Assembly (NCBI GenBank): GCA_030264375.1
Contig: JASCQW010000109.1
Span: 54,534,709-54,598,708, forward strand
Length of the DNA: 64,000 nucleotides
From: Carcharhinus longimanus
Lineage: Eukaryota
Reading direction: 5' to 3'
This document shows positions 39,172 through 52,332 of this stretch, one piece after another (the stretch's first letter is position 1; every line of letters starts with the position of its first letter). The notes below the pieces were generated by a model that ran no database searches, was not told where the DNA came from, and worked only from the letters and a program-made list of their open reading frames with translations. Both the position numbers and the translations under genes were made by a program.

Positions 39172-41284
39172 GTCAGTATCTAAGCTAGCTACTTCAGGTT
39201 AACAGTTCATCTTGCAACATGAGTGAATGATTACATCTTACATTGTAAATGTAACAATCTAGCATGAAGCGCACACATAAAACCTGTTAGTTTCTGGCCA
39301 GTGTTAATTTTAAATATACAGCAAAGAATTTCGGATGCACTGTACAGAAACTGCGCTTAAGCCATGTACATAGCGGACTGGTAGAACTGCCTTTTTTTAC
39401 TTAGGTTATGCACTGTAGAAGCCACAATTAAAGATAGTCTTCTTATGCAGACTGGAGTTATTGACAAGTTCATTTGAATGCACTTAATATAAGAGCTCCT
39501 CTGCTTCAGCCTAACCAGGATTAACTCTGCAATAATTCACAGATTTTTCAAAGAGAAGGTCACCATTTGAAGGTGACTCCATTACAATATGCTTTATTAG
39601 CCCATAAATCAAGAAGGTAAGAGAATTTGTAATGGCAGATGTTACTTGGCTTGTTCAACCACTGATGATTCACTTGACTGTGAAATTGACTGCTTTGCAT
39701 CAAACAATAAATTAATAAGCTAATTTGCTATTAATAGAATTGACTTTTCTACTTTTATTTCTGGTTGCGATGGGGTTAAACACCTATCTATAAGTGGATT
39801 CTGACAAACATGTAAACAGAGCATGCCTTTGATCCAAAACTTGGAGATAAAATGCTGTGATTTAAGAATGTTTCTCAGCTCACTAGTTCATTAATTTAGC
39901 TATTCATTCAAAACAAAAAAAAGCAGCAAATTCTTTGTAAAATTATTCTTCGGTGTAGGAATTATTTGAATTTAAAAGTGTGTTGCTCTCAAAGAACCAA
40001 TTACAGGAGTTAGAAGGCTGTATTTTGGTGAACTGGGACTGGGGTGACGATGACCACACTTGGAGAACTGTGCAGTTCTATTATATAAAGGGTATATAAG
40101 CACTTGCAGAGCGTACAAGAAAGATTTACATGTATGATATTGGAACTGTGAGATCATACCTGTCAGGAAGGGGTGAAGAGTCTGGTTCTCTTTTCCCTTG
40201 GATAAAAGGTTACGGGAATACATAATAAAAACCTTAAAATTGTGAAAAGCTCCGATATAGTGGGTGAAATCATGTGGTCTCATTCCTGGCGTGTTTGGTG
40301 AGAGGGCAATTTATCAGCCCAGAGGGTGATGGGTAGGCATGGGACTGGGGTGACGATGACAGGTGGGCCCACCTTCCCACTTCCGCTCTAATGAAGTCTG
40401 GGGCTGGAAGGCCCATGTGCGGCCTTCCTGCTCCACTGCCAATTGAGGTCCTTATGTGGGAAATTAGCGTCCACTTCAAGGTCTCATCCTGCTGCCACTG
40501 ATATTAATGTAGCAGTGGGCTTACCATGTGGGGAGAATGACAAGAAAAGCTTTTGAAGGGTCCTGGGGAAGGGTGGTGGAGAGTTGTTCAGTACCTCACA
40601 GAGGAACCTGGCATGGGAGTAGGGGCGGGGAGGGGGATGGAGTGGGAGGAGCCATCCCTATGTTCTTCTCTCTGAAACCCCAAATGCTCTCCCTTTCCCA
40701 CAATCCACATCAGGATGGCAACTTCCTTCTTATCATCATTCATCGGTGCCCAAGTCCATCTTTGATCTGAAATTTTGGTGGATCAGCAGCAACCATTGGC
40801 TCCCCGATGAGGCTGATGTGTGCAGAAGAGTTACCTCTGATTGGCTGACAGCACTTGACAGATGAACTTTCTAAGGCCTCATGTGGATGTGGTACTGGCA
40901 ACAGCAACAATCTCCACAGGGCCAATACTATTCAATAAATTTACTGATCTCTGATTGGCCAACATGTCTTGGCTGCCTCAACATCCCTGTCCCCTCTCCT
41001 CTTCCTTTGCTGTCCTTGAAGGCCCACCACTGATCTGTTAATCGTCTGAGTAGCACAAGATGCCTTCCCAAAAAGTGGTGAAGAGGAGGGATCTGACTAG
41101 CTTTCCAGCTGACAGTCAAGACACATCATCTCCATAAGATTCCACCCAGTGGATGTTTGCACTTGTGGGGAAAGACAAAGTCAGAGACCACCGATTCAAT
41201 ATAGTCTGCACGAAATAGAAGAGGAAATTCAGAAGACTTCTCTTTGCCCAAGGATGATTGGAAATATAGATCTTGCTACCACAG

Positions 41285-41583
41285 AGTGGTACAGTGGCAC
41301 AGTTAGCACTGCTCCCTCACAGTGCCAGGGACCTGTGTTCAATTCCTGGCTTGGATCACTGTCTGCATGGAGTCTGCACATTCTCCCCGTGTCTGCGTGA
41401 GTTTCCTCTGGATGCTGTAGTTTCCCCCCACCATCTGAAAGACATGCTGGTTAGATGTATTGGCTATGTTAAATTCTCCCTCAGTGTACCCGAACAGGTG
41501 CTAGAGAGTGGCAACTTGGGGATTTTCACAGTAACCTCACTGCAATGCTAATGCAAGCCTTCTTGTGACACTAATAAAAAAAA
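41285..41583 (+). mobile_element. HE1-like SINE, alternative tail
   Basis: Head GTGGCACAGTTAGCACT; ends TGTGACACTAATAAAAA. Confidence 0.85.
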
Positions 41584-42202
41584 TGGAGTGGTTGAGGTGA
41601 ATAGTATTTTAGGGGAAATTAGGTAAGCATTTGAGGAAAAACAGAATTGAGGATTATATCGGTCAAGTTAGGTGAGGGAGGATGGAGAGAGCCTATAGCT
41701 AAGGAGCTATTTCATATTGGAACTAATTTTGTAATTTATTTCTCAACTGGTTAGGAATCTGTCGTGCTGTGTTATAATGAGGTAAAAGTATTAATCACTC
41801 ATAAGGGATTGGGTAATCACATTGTTGGTTCATTTATTTAAACTAGGTACATGGGACAGATATCCGTGAGTATAAAGATACCAACAACCGAGCTGCCTCT
41901 GCGTGCGTTCTGCTCAAAGCAAATGTAAAACTAAAACTGGATTGCACAACACATTTTCTTTTCAGTGATGTCATGGTGCAATCCCTTAAAGGCATATCCT
42001 AACTGAATCTTGTGCAATAAGAATGAAGGGACAGGTGTTTTGATTCACTGGAGCTTATAGAACATGAGGGAATTTAAGTTAATTTGCTATTTGATTTCTT
42101 TATGATGCTGTCCACCCCTCCCTATGTGTCTCCTTCTCACTATGAATATCTTGGTCTATGAATGTGCATATAGTTCATGGAATTTTAAGGAGGGATTCTG
42201 TT

Positions 42203-42518
42203 GGGGCAGCACAATGGCACACTGCTTAGCACTGCTGCCTCATTATTCTGGGGACCTGGGTTCAATTCTCAACTTCATTGTCTGTGCAGAGTCTGCATAT
42301 CCACCTTTTGTCTGCATGTGTTTCCTCCCACACTCCAAAGGTGTGCATGTTAGGTGCATTGGCCATGCTAAATTGCCCCTTAATGTCTGGGGATGTGTAG
42401 GTTAGAGGGAGCTGGGTAAATATGTGCGGTTACAAGGATAGGGCTTAGGTGGGATTGTTGTCGGTGCAGACTCGATGGGCTGAATGGCCTCCTTCTGCAC
42501 TATAGGGATTCTATGATT
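42203..42518 (+). mobile_element. HE1-like SINE, CR1-type tail
   Basis: Ends GGGATTCTATGATT. Confidence 0.85.
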
Positions 42519-44098
42519 AGCTTTATGCTTGTGTAATGTACTGTCATTCAATGGCATCATCACTGCTGAATCCCTCACAAACTAGGGTTACCATTGAGTA
42601 GAACTTAACTGGACCAGTCATATAAATACAGTGGACACAAGTGCAGGTCAGAGGCTAGGGATTCTGTGACAGGTAACTCAACTCCTAACTCCCTCAAGCT
42701 TGTCCAACATCAATAAGGCACAAGTTGGTAATGGGATGGAATACTCTTCACTTGACTCGATAGGTGCAGCTTCAACCACTCCATGTCAGTCCACCCTGCA
42801 GCCAACACACACTATGGGTGGGCTAATTTGTTGTGGGACTTCTGTCCCTCACTGTGGAGGAAGATTTGTCCTCTGGAGCTGCTGACCAATTCAATTGGCT
42901 GGAAGCTCCAGCAGCGCAGGCAGCGCTAGTATCTAATTAGTGGCCACTGCCAGTACTGCAGCAAACCCCAAGAAGAAGGCTGCATGGGTCATGGAGTGAA
43001 GTAAGTCCATGATGTTGGAGAGGGACTGATTGACCAGCTTTGATTTGTGGATGGGGGGGGGGGGGGGGGGGTGGAGTTGGGCGCAGAATGTTGGGCTCGT
43101 GTGGTTTATAGAGCTGGCAGGAAGGAAGAAACAGGTAATCTTAGACTAATGCGCAAAGAACACAACCAAATTTAGTAACCTCTATCTTTCCTGTTCTGTA
43201 AATTTTTTTAACCAAAACCTATTCCAAAACACAGCAATCAAGTTATGTCATGGGCAGTGTATTATTGGCATCAATTGGCTAGTTCACAAACTCAATTGAC
43301 CCCTAATTATTTATTCAAATATGGCAATCAGTTTTCTGATTTCAGCGCCCAAGCACCTACTCTATCATGGGGGTGAGCTCCTGGGTAGATGGAAGGTGGC
43401 AGGATAGGCACCCACTCCATTTTATGTGCTCCCACAGTCGAAAGCACACTAAATTTATTGGAGGCGGTTAGGAGGCCCGATATCAGCCACCAAGACTGGT
43501 GGCATCTCCACTGACCAGATCCCTGGGAACCCTGAGGGAATTAAGTTTCTACCTGGCAGCAGAAATGCTGCCTTCAGGACTTCTGGCTCCCATGGGGACA
43601 TTTTATTCCGCCCAGTAGAGCAGAAATGCCACGCTAGAGAGCTACAGGGCAATCAGAGGCCGGCCATTCTCTATTACTGGCGGTATCACCGGGAGCAGTG
43701 GCTGCTGGCAATAATACACTTGGACCTTCACCGGGAATCATCAATTGATACTCACTGAGTTGACCAAAGGAGGAAAGAAGCTCATGTGACGCTATTGTGA
43801 AATGGAAACATTCTAATTGGGCCGTGGAAAGCTCAGACCCCAATTAGCTGTGCCAATCATCTCCTGGACACAGGAGATGGCTGCAGAGCACAAGCAAGAA
43901 AGGCAGATTACAGCCACGATGGGGCCTGCCTCTTTCTTGCTGAAGAGAATAGGTAGCACCTCAGTGAGCCAGCACTCAGGAAAGAAGGCATACGGCCAAA
44001 TTACTGGTAATGAGCACAATATATCACAAAATTCCTGATGTCCCTAGACTTTCTAACACATAAAAGAAAACTTTCGCTTCACCTCGCATTGAACTCAT

Positions 44099-44227
44099 TG
44101 GCCGGGATTTCCCGGCTGTACCCAAGCCCAGACTGGAAAATCCCGCCTGATGTGAATGGGCCTTTGCACGATCCGTGCCTGCCTGTTACAATTCCCATGG
44201 CGGGCAGAAAGGGAAAATTCCACCCCT
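44099..44227. mobile_element. ~128 bp MITE
   Basis: GGCCGGGATTTCCC...GGGAAAATTCCACCC. Confidence 0.65.
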
Positions 44228-44929
44228 CAGCTGCGCACTAATATTCACTTAATTCATTGAAAATTGCATTCTCACTTTCCCCGGCCAGTTAACAAAGCTT
44301 CTCAATGGGACATTCTTTGGTGGTTATTGGGTTCCCCAGTAACCACGTCCCACTTTCCTTTTGAAAATCAGGATTCTTCCTCCAGGTGTTAGAATTCAGA
44401 GATACCTCTTGGGAATGTGATTTTTTTAAAATTTGGCCTGCACTTTTTCCTGGGCCTCACTAGCTGACAGCAATCGAAAACCTGCCCCCAGCTGTACGTA
44501 ACCTTCCCAATGTTATCAGTTTCCCCCGTCTGTAAGAGAGACATGCACCCGTAACAGTTTTCAACCTTGTCATGCTTCTGGCTGCAGTTCTAAAAATTAA
44601 AAATGAAAGCTCACCACCTTATCCCCAAACTGCCTACTCCACGGGAACCTGAATGAACAAAGCCCATCAAATCTCTGTAACCTCCAGCAGCTGGCCAGGC
44701 AGATCAACCTAACTACATACATATTTCAATAACCAGTAAAATGCTGATAAGACTGATGTACTGCCACCACCATCAAAAATTTGGCTTGACCCCCTCAGAA
44801 AATTGTTTTCTACATTGAACAGCACCAAAACATGGAATATAAACATAAAAAACAATTTGCTGAAGCACGTAAGATAAGACATTTTGACTTGCAGGGCATC
44901 GACCAGGACAGTGTAACTGTCTATTCAAT

Positions 44930-45190
44930 CCATACCCATCTCTAATCCTGCCCTCCTTCTTCCAATCCCCCCTTTTCCCACTTTTCTTTCTGCCCTCCTT
45001 TACTATTATCCCCTCCCACATCCCTCTCCCTTTCCCTATCCTTATCCTCCCCTTTCTTCCTGCTCTTCAATTCTTTTCTTTCTTTTTCTCTGTCACTCTC
45101 CCTTTCTTCTTCCACCTACTCCTCTTCACTCCCCTCTGATCTTTCACCCCTTATCCCTCTCCCAATTCCCCTCCTCCTTCTTCCCTCAAA
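44930..45190. repeat. polypyrimidine low-complexity tract
   Basis: ~260 bp almost entirely C/T. Confidence 0.85.
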
Positions 45191-45997
45191 ATTTTTGCCT
45201 GCATTTAAAAAAAGCCTGTTTCGAATGGATGCTGTTCGAAAGATTTACTCCTCTAACTCATACTGTAGAAAGGTTCACCAAATTGTTGTTCTGCAGGGCA
45301 CTAACCCCTTCACTCAGTTCTTTTAACTCAAACATTGAGCGCAATTGCATGGGAGAACATGGACAGGAGTGCAAGTTTGAAGGACGCTATATGCTTCACC
45401 TTGCAAGAAAATACTCACTGAGATAACAAAAAAGAAGTGGAAGAAGAAGTTAATCTAGAAATAGAAATTAACCGAATGATAAAGGGTGCTCGTTATTTTA
45501 TCATTTTTAAACAGATTGCTGGTTAAAAATGCCTGTCTGTCAAAGTGATTGACACAAAGTTCTGTAGTCCTCTTGCCTCGCAGTGATAAGACTGCAGCGA
45601 GTGCTATTCCCTTCATTTGTATGCATTGTGCACATTTTCATCAGAACCTTCATTAGGGCCACCAAAGTCGTCCTGAAAAATTTTAGCAACCAGTTACTGC
45701 GCAGAATAATTAAGCAGCAATATTAGGTTAGTGCATGCTTCACTGATGCAGCCATGTATAGCTCATGAAAACATTTCTCAATCAATTCATCTGTGCAGCA
45801 ATAATAGTCTTTGCTGCAATGAGTTTTTAATACACTGATCAAAGAACGTTTATTCTACTTCGAAGCACTACCAGTGACCTACAAATTGTAAAATATCATT
45901 CACTATTATTGTCTTTGAAAAAAATTATTCTACTCCATCACAGATATAATTAAATTAATCTGCCACATGCTAATTAATCTTCTGACAAGCTTATAGC

Positions 45998-46170
45998 TCC
46001 AATGTTTATGAGGAGGCAGTGGGAGATTGGAAGAGATATGTTTCTGTGGGTGGGGATACCCAGAAATAGTGTGAACCTGGAGATTTCCAATGTTTATGAG
46101 GAGGCAGTGGGGGATCAGAGGAGGCATATTTCTGTGGGTGGGGATACCCAGAAATAGTGTGAACCTGGAG
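45998..46170. repeat. tandem duplication, 2 x ~87 bp
   Basis: TCCAATGTTTATGAGGAGGCAGTGGG...GGGGATACCCAGAAATAGTGTGAACCTGGAG occurs twice. Confidence 0.92.
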
Positions 46171-47427
46171 GTTCTGTTGAAGTCAATGGCAGGACCTCGT
46201 TATTATATTTAACTCAGTTTCTTGCCCAGCAAGTTGACGGGAAAGCCAGTGGTAGGCGATCATAGCCAAGGACCACTGGTGTCTGGTTCCTACCACCTGG
46301 GAAAGTTGTAGGCTGGTTGGGGGACCTGGACTGGTGATCTGAGGGGCTATGAGGGTGTATTCCTGCTCCCTCTTGTCTAGAAGCCGTGTCCCACAAAACA
46401 CTTACCTGCTGGATATGGTTGCTCCAGCCTCCCTTTAACTGTTGGGTTTCCCCAAAGTTGTGAAACTTGACCAGCAGGCAATAAATTCAAATGGTTGCCA
46501 TTTGAGATCCATTGTAGTCATCGAAGAAATAGAGAAATACTGTTTCAAGTCTGTATAGGTTGTTTCTCTCCTCACAGATGCTACCAGAACTACTAAGATT
46601 TTCTGTTTTTACCTCAGATTTCCAGCATCTGCAGCATTTTGCTTTTATCCCTGTCTTGGGGGATACAACTCCTCTTCTGTCCACCTCCCCCACCCTCCCA
46701 TTATCCGTGATCTTGTTGTTCAAACCTTAATGTAAAATACTATATTATGGGCTCTACTTTTCTTCACACTGTTTCTGTACTTCAAACATTAGCTTGCAAC
46801 ATTGGCTGAAACCAAGACATTATTGTTGTCAGAACTATAAACATAATTTCAAGATTGAATTCATTAATCATAGTGCAATTCACATTTTTATATTACCAGT
46901 TCCCACTAATAAAGGGCAATGCTGCTAATATGAAGGATATAACACATTTATACCAATAGGAGACATTATATGCTTGACAGGAATTCCAGTAAAGCACCCA
47001 ATGATTTACAATTTGAGCTGATAAGTTGGAAAAGTCCTTGCAAGTTATATTGTTAAAAAGAACTAACTTTGCCACTTATCCTGTTCCGTTATTGTAGCTC
47101 ATGTTTCATTGTGAAGTAACTATTATCTTCTTGATTCCTTCTGCAGAAGACATGCGTAGTTTTTTACTTCTTCTTTATGTCACGACTGGAAATTAGAAAT
47201 AAGGGAGAGAGACTTCCATTTATATGATACCATACTTGGTCTCATAACATTATTACAGCTAATTAAGCACTTTTGACGTATCGTGCATACAGCAAGGTCC
47301 AACAGACAATGTGATCATGACCAGGTGATCTGTTTTTACTGATGTTAATTGAGAAAATATATGACCATGACACAATGGATAACTTCAGAGATCTTTCTGA
47401 AATTGAGTCATGGAATCTTTTACATGT

Positions 47428-48079
47428 GTGGAAAGGCAATGGCCTGGGGGTATTAGTTTAAAGTTAATTTATTATTGTCACAAGTAGGCTTACATCAACA
47501 CTATAATGAAGTTACTGTGAAAATCCCCAAGTTGCTACACTCTGACTCTTGTTCGGGTACANNNNNNNNNNCAGAGGGATAATTGAGCATGGCCAGTGTA
47601 CCTAACCAGCACATCTTTCAGACTCTGGGAGGAAACCGAAGCACCCAGAAGAAACCCACATAGACATGGGGAGAACGTTCAGACTCCATACAGACAGTGA
47701 CCCAAACTGTATGATATCAGTGCTAACCACTGTGCCATTATTGTCGCTAGATTATTAATCCAGAAACTCAGCTAATGTTGTGGAGACCCGGGTTCGAATC
47801 CCCGCACCGCAGACAGTGGAACTCGAATTCAATAAAAAATATCTGGAATTAAGAATCTACTGATGATCACGAAACCATTGTTGATTGTCAGAAAAACCCA
47901 TCTGGTTCATTAATGTCCTTTACGGAAGGAAATCTGCTGTCCTTACCTCGTCTGGCCTGCATGTGACTCCAGAGTCACAGCAACGTGGTTGACTCTCAAC
48001 TGCTCTCCGGCAAGTAGAGATGGGCAATAAATGCTGGCCAGCCAGCAATGCCCATGTCCCAGGAATGAACTTTTAAAAA
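47428..48079 (+). mobile_element. tRNA-derived SINE with Meta-like core, split by an HE1-like SINE
   Basis: B-box GGGTTCGAATCCC; core CTGGTTCATTAATGTCCTTTACGGAAGGAAATCTGCTGTCCTTACC...; tail GATGGGCAATAAATGCTGG shared with the LINE at 52862. Confidence 0.65.
47457..47737 (-). mobile_element. HE1-like SINE, alternative tail
   Basis: TTTATTATTGTCACAAGTAGGC...GTGCTAACCACTGTGCC. Confidence 0.85.
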
Positions 48080-49539
48080 TCTGAGAGAGCAGAGACTCAG
48101 TTTAGAACCCATCTGAAAGATGGAACAGTGCAGGTACTCACTCAGTATTGTGTTGGATTGTCAGCATTGAGTTATTGTGCCCGAATGTTTGACACAGGGC
48201 TTAAATTCACAACCTCCTGATTTAGAGGCAAGAGTGAAACCAATTGAACCACAGGGAACACTTAGTATGCTGCGCAGAGGAGTAGATGTGTGAAAAGTTG
48301 TGTTGCCATTCTCTGCCTTAGCTCATTGGACTGCCATTATATCTAGTGACCACATTGCTGGGATTGCTTTGTTTATAAGCAATAATTCCTACTATGCATT
48401 ACTATAGCTAAATCCATTTTGGTGATTCTGAGATAACAGTAGGTATTGAGCATGGCCACCTAACTGGATACACAATAATTAAATTAAGCAAACTTGAAAC
48501 AAAAGGCTTACTATTTTGGCCCAATTTTTGAAAAGATAACATTATTACAGGAAAAAGATACATTCCATGTAATTCTCACTTGCGTCTTTCTGTTGAATTG
48601 TATTATCTTGATAGTGTTACAGACTGGAGAGGTTTAACTTAGAAAGCCCTGATTTTTCCTCTCATAAACCATCCATAAACAGAAAGATGTTTTCCAAAAG
48701 AAGTTGTGGTATATTTCCCAACATTTCGGTTTTGGTATGATCCAATTTTTATTAATAACTCCACAGCAGACTTGAGTTAGATTAAACTCTCAGATGGTTA
48801 ATTTATTCGCTCAAAATGAGAGAGGAGAATGACACAATGTCATTCCTGTTGCATTCATACAATAAAAAAGGGCTGGGGAAAGAAAGAGTTACAGGGCGAA
48901 GACCACAGAGCATAGATTTGTTTCACATGTGTCCAGAGACCAGAATAAAAGTTCAATAATGGAGCCTCTCACAGATATCAGCAGGTCAAAGACTGATGCC
49001 AGGATAATTCACTTTTCCAGTAGAGATGATTTTTATAGTGGAATAAGCATATAGAGATGAATTAATCTAGTAGGCACTGGTACAAAAGTTCCAATTGAAA
49101 CAGTGTAGATGGGGGCTAGGAATTCACCTAGACAAACCCTTGTTCGAAGCTGCTACTTGCTTTATGTTCAATGGAAAAAAAATGAAAAATGTAAAGCATT
49201 TTCAGTATATAAAGATTATGTTATTTTACAATTACTCAATAATTTGGATGTTTACTCCTGTAAGATGAATACCTACTTTATTTCAGGCAACAGATTTCTG
49301 ACTCTGTTCACGATCCAAGACATAGAAAGTCACAAAAAGTCAAAAGACTCAAATTCTTGAATTCTAAAACAAAAATATTGGGCAGCCAGCATCTGTGCAG
49401 AGATAGGCAAGTTGGCATTTCAGGCATGGACACTTCATTAGAACCAAAAGATTTTATAGATGTATTTTAAAGGCTGTTCATTTGGAATGTCTTCCATTCT
49501 GTCTACTTGTCTCATGCCACAGAAATAACAGTTATTAAT

Positions 49540-50130
49540 GCCGCATAAGATATCCTGTGTGATTGTGACAGGAGTTAATTTTCCATCCTTGTCCTCCCCA
49601 ACCTGTCTGTACCCCTTCACACAGTTGACCACACATAGCATCATCCTCCAAAACCTTTCCACTGTCATCCAGCTGGGTGACTCTGTCCTCACCTGGTTTG
49701 ATTCTTATTTATCTAAGTTCACCAAAGAATCACTTGCAATGCCCTCTCTCCCTCCTCCTGCACTGTTCCTCTGGTGTCTCTCAAGGGTTTATCCTTGGTC
49801 CCCCCTGCCCCCTGCCCCCCACCTCTTATTTCACACCTACATGTTTCCCCCGGTGAGATCATCTGAAAACAAAGTGCGGGATTTTTCAGCTGCGCTCACC
49901 CCAAGATTGGAAAATCCCGCCCGAGATCAACAAACCTTTGCATCATCTTTCCCCATCCACTACAATTCCTGTGATGGGTGGAATGGGAAAATTCCACCCA
50001 AAGCGTTTGTTTTTACAGGAATGCTCATGGCACCTTGCTCTATCTCATCACCATCACTATCAACTCTTCCACTGTTGCTAAATTTTCAATTTGCTTATCC
50101 TACATTCATTCGAAGATGAACAGAAATATA
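49540..50130 (+). mobile_element. decayed L2-like RT fragment interrupted by a MITE
   Basis: FTQLTT...LTWFDSYLS resembles the L2 AFDTVDH...L.WF.SYLS region. Confidence 0.55.
49874..49999. mobile_element. ~126 bp MITE flanked by AAA/AAA
   Basis: GTGCGGGATTTTTC...GGAAAATTCCACCC. Confidence 0.65.
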
Positions 50131-50451
50131 AATGTTGGGAAGCCTGCTTTATAAACAATCATGCTTCATGCTTATCTGCTTTGTGACTTTGATTAATTCT
50201 TTGTTAATGTGGGCAATGCAGCATTGGAATTCACACCAAAGGCAATCCATCCATGAGATATAACAAGCAATTACAGAGCCAGGGAAAGGGGGGAATGGAA
50301 GAAAGAACAAAAGGGAAGGTCTGTTGTAAACTAGAAGGCAGGCTCACTTTATTGGCAGAAGTGATGATGGCGTAAGGGAAAAGGGGGTGATACTGGATCA
50401 AGTAATCAAGATTTATAGCTCCCTCAGTATGTTGATTTTGTTTTAATGAGT

Positions 50452-50790
50452 CACTGTAATTGCCACAGCCTGTAATTACCAATGACAGTCCATCCATGCA
50501 ACACTGCAATTGCTACAGCAGGTAATTACCAATGCCACTCCACTCATGCATCACTGTAATTGCCACAGCCAATAATTACTGATCACACTCCATCCATGTG
50601 TCACTGTTATCATGGTTAGTTCTTTGATAAACCACTGCAATTCCCAATGGTAGTCTATGCACAAGCTGTTTCAATTACCAGTGCTAGTTGACGCCTGAAT
50701 TATTCCAATTGCCAGTGATATTCCATTCAATAATTACTACATTTGCCACTCCCACTAACTACCAGTGTCAGCCCTTTCATTACTCGGACA
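50452..50790. repeat. degenerate ~50 bp tandem repeat
   Basis: CACTGTAATTGCCACAGCCTGTAATTACCAATGACAGTCCATCCATGCAA, three clear copies then decaying. Confidence 0.8.
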
Positions 50791-52096
50791 GTAATTATCA
50801 CTTGTGGTAATTTATAAATGTTACTTGTTACGGCCATAGCAGATGTTATTTGCTGAGCGAGCTAAATCCCAAAAGGAAACTTGTCTTACTGATCATAACC
50901 TTTTTTTTTGTATGCTGAAAATTAGGAGAAACCCACTGATCTTAGAAACATAGAATTCCAATGGCACTTTTGGGATCTTAACAATTAAAGGATTCTATAG
51001 GGACCAAAGGATATGGGGGAAGGCGGGATCAGGATATTGATTTGATATTCAGCCACGATGAAAATGAATGGCGGAGCAGACTCAAAGTTGCTGAATAGCC
51101 TACTCCTGCTTCTATTTTCTATGTTTCTAGTAACAAGAAGAAAAGTGAACTTGAGCACACAAGATTAAAGTTACAGAGTTAAACAGTCTTACAAAATCTC
51201 TCCAAAAGGACCCTCTTGGTCAGAACACACCTTCTTGACAATGTTTGTTTGTATATTTTTAACTGAAATATCCAGTAATATTATGTAAGGCAAAACTGCA
51301 GTCACTTGACTTTGCAAACTCTGCTGTGGAAACCCAAGAAAATTCAGAAACACATTGCTTTCCGAGAAGAAGGGTTTTCCTGGAGCAAAAACAAGATGGC
51401 TATCTTGGATTTCACACTTTCCCTGAGCACAAAGCCACCGCTCAGCCTTTCTTCAAACATCATTTTCTCTTTCATCTTCAATTTCAATGTCCTCAGCACC
51501 TTTTTTGAACTCAAATTTTCCAAAATATAAAAATGTCTTCCTATTGTCTCCCCTTTGCAGGTGAAACAAATCTTAATAACCTTCCCTTTGTTTACTTGTG
51601 AAATCTTTGAAAATTGTAAATGCTTCCTCGTCCCTTTTGAAATTTAACAGCCGAAAAGTCAAGTCCTTATCCCTGCTGCAAATTTTTAAACCGACTTACT
51701 TTAAATCCACTTCACCACAGTTTCTTATTACAAATGCATGCATTTTATCACCTTTGCCCCTTCATCTCTCAACGTTCTTAGATGAGTTGTCTCTATTAAC
51801 CTTTCCTCAGCTTAATTAAATCAGACATTCAGACACCTTCCACCGTGGTTGTGTCAAAATCCTGGAGCTCCCTCTCTATCAGCACTGAGGGTGTACCAAC
51901 ACTGCAGGGATTGCAGCAGTTCAAGAGGGCAGCTCGTCACCACCATCTCAAGCACAATTAGGGATGGGCAATAAATGCGGGTCTGATCAGTGGCATCTGC
52001 ATCCTGTAAATGAATAGAAAGGGCATTCACAGTTATCTGCTGTGTGCTGGACAACTTTGCCATTTGAAAGGCAGTCTTGCTGGCAATTTTATGATA

Positions 52097-52332
52097 CAGT
52101 AAGAAGTCTCACACCACCAGGTTGGGTCGGGTTGATAGTAACCCACAAGCTTTCGGAAACGCTGTTACTTCGTCCGGTGTGAAGCTGTTGCTTCGTTTGA
52201 CACACCCGACCAAGGAACAGTGTTTCCGAAAGCTTGTGGGTTTACTATTGAATAAACTGGTTGGACTTTAACCTGGTGGTGTGAGACTTCTTACTGTGTT
52301 TAACCCAGTCCAATGCCGGCATCTCCACATCA
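52097..52332. mobile_element. palindromic mini-Penelope (two inverted terminal repeats, no ORF)
   Basis: CAGTAAGAAGTCTCACACCACCAGGTT...AACCTGGTGGTGTGAGACTTCTTACTG; same ends as the 7587-8580 element. Confidence 0.85.

Larger units (their letters stand above)
47205..48261 (-). mobile_element. Deu-SINE (SacSINE1-like), split by nested insertions
   Basis: Left part ends ATGGAATCTTTTACATGT; right part resumes CTGAGAGAGCAGA...CACAACCTCCTGATTTAGAGGCAAGAGTG. Confidence 0.65.

Noticed and set aside
47770-47810. tRNA gene (GGGTTCGAATCCC)
   Set aside because: B-box of a tRNA-derived SINE head; no cloverleaf.
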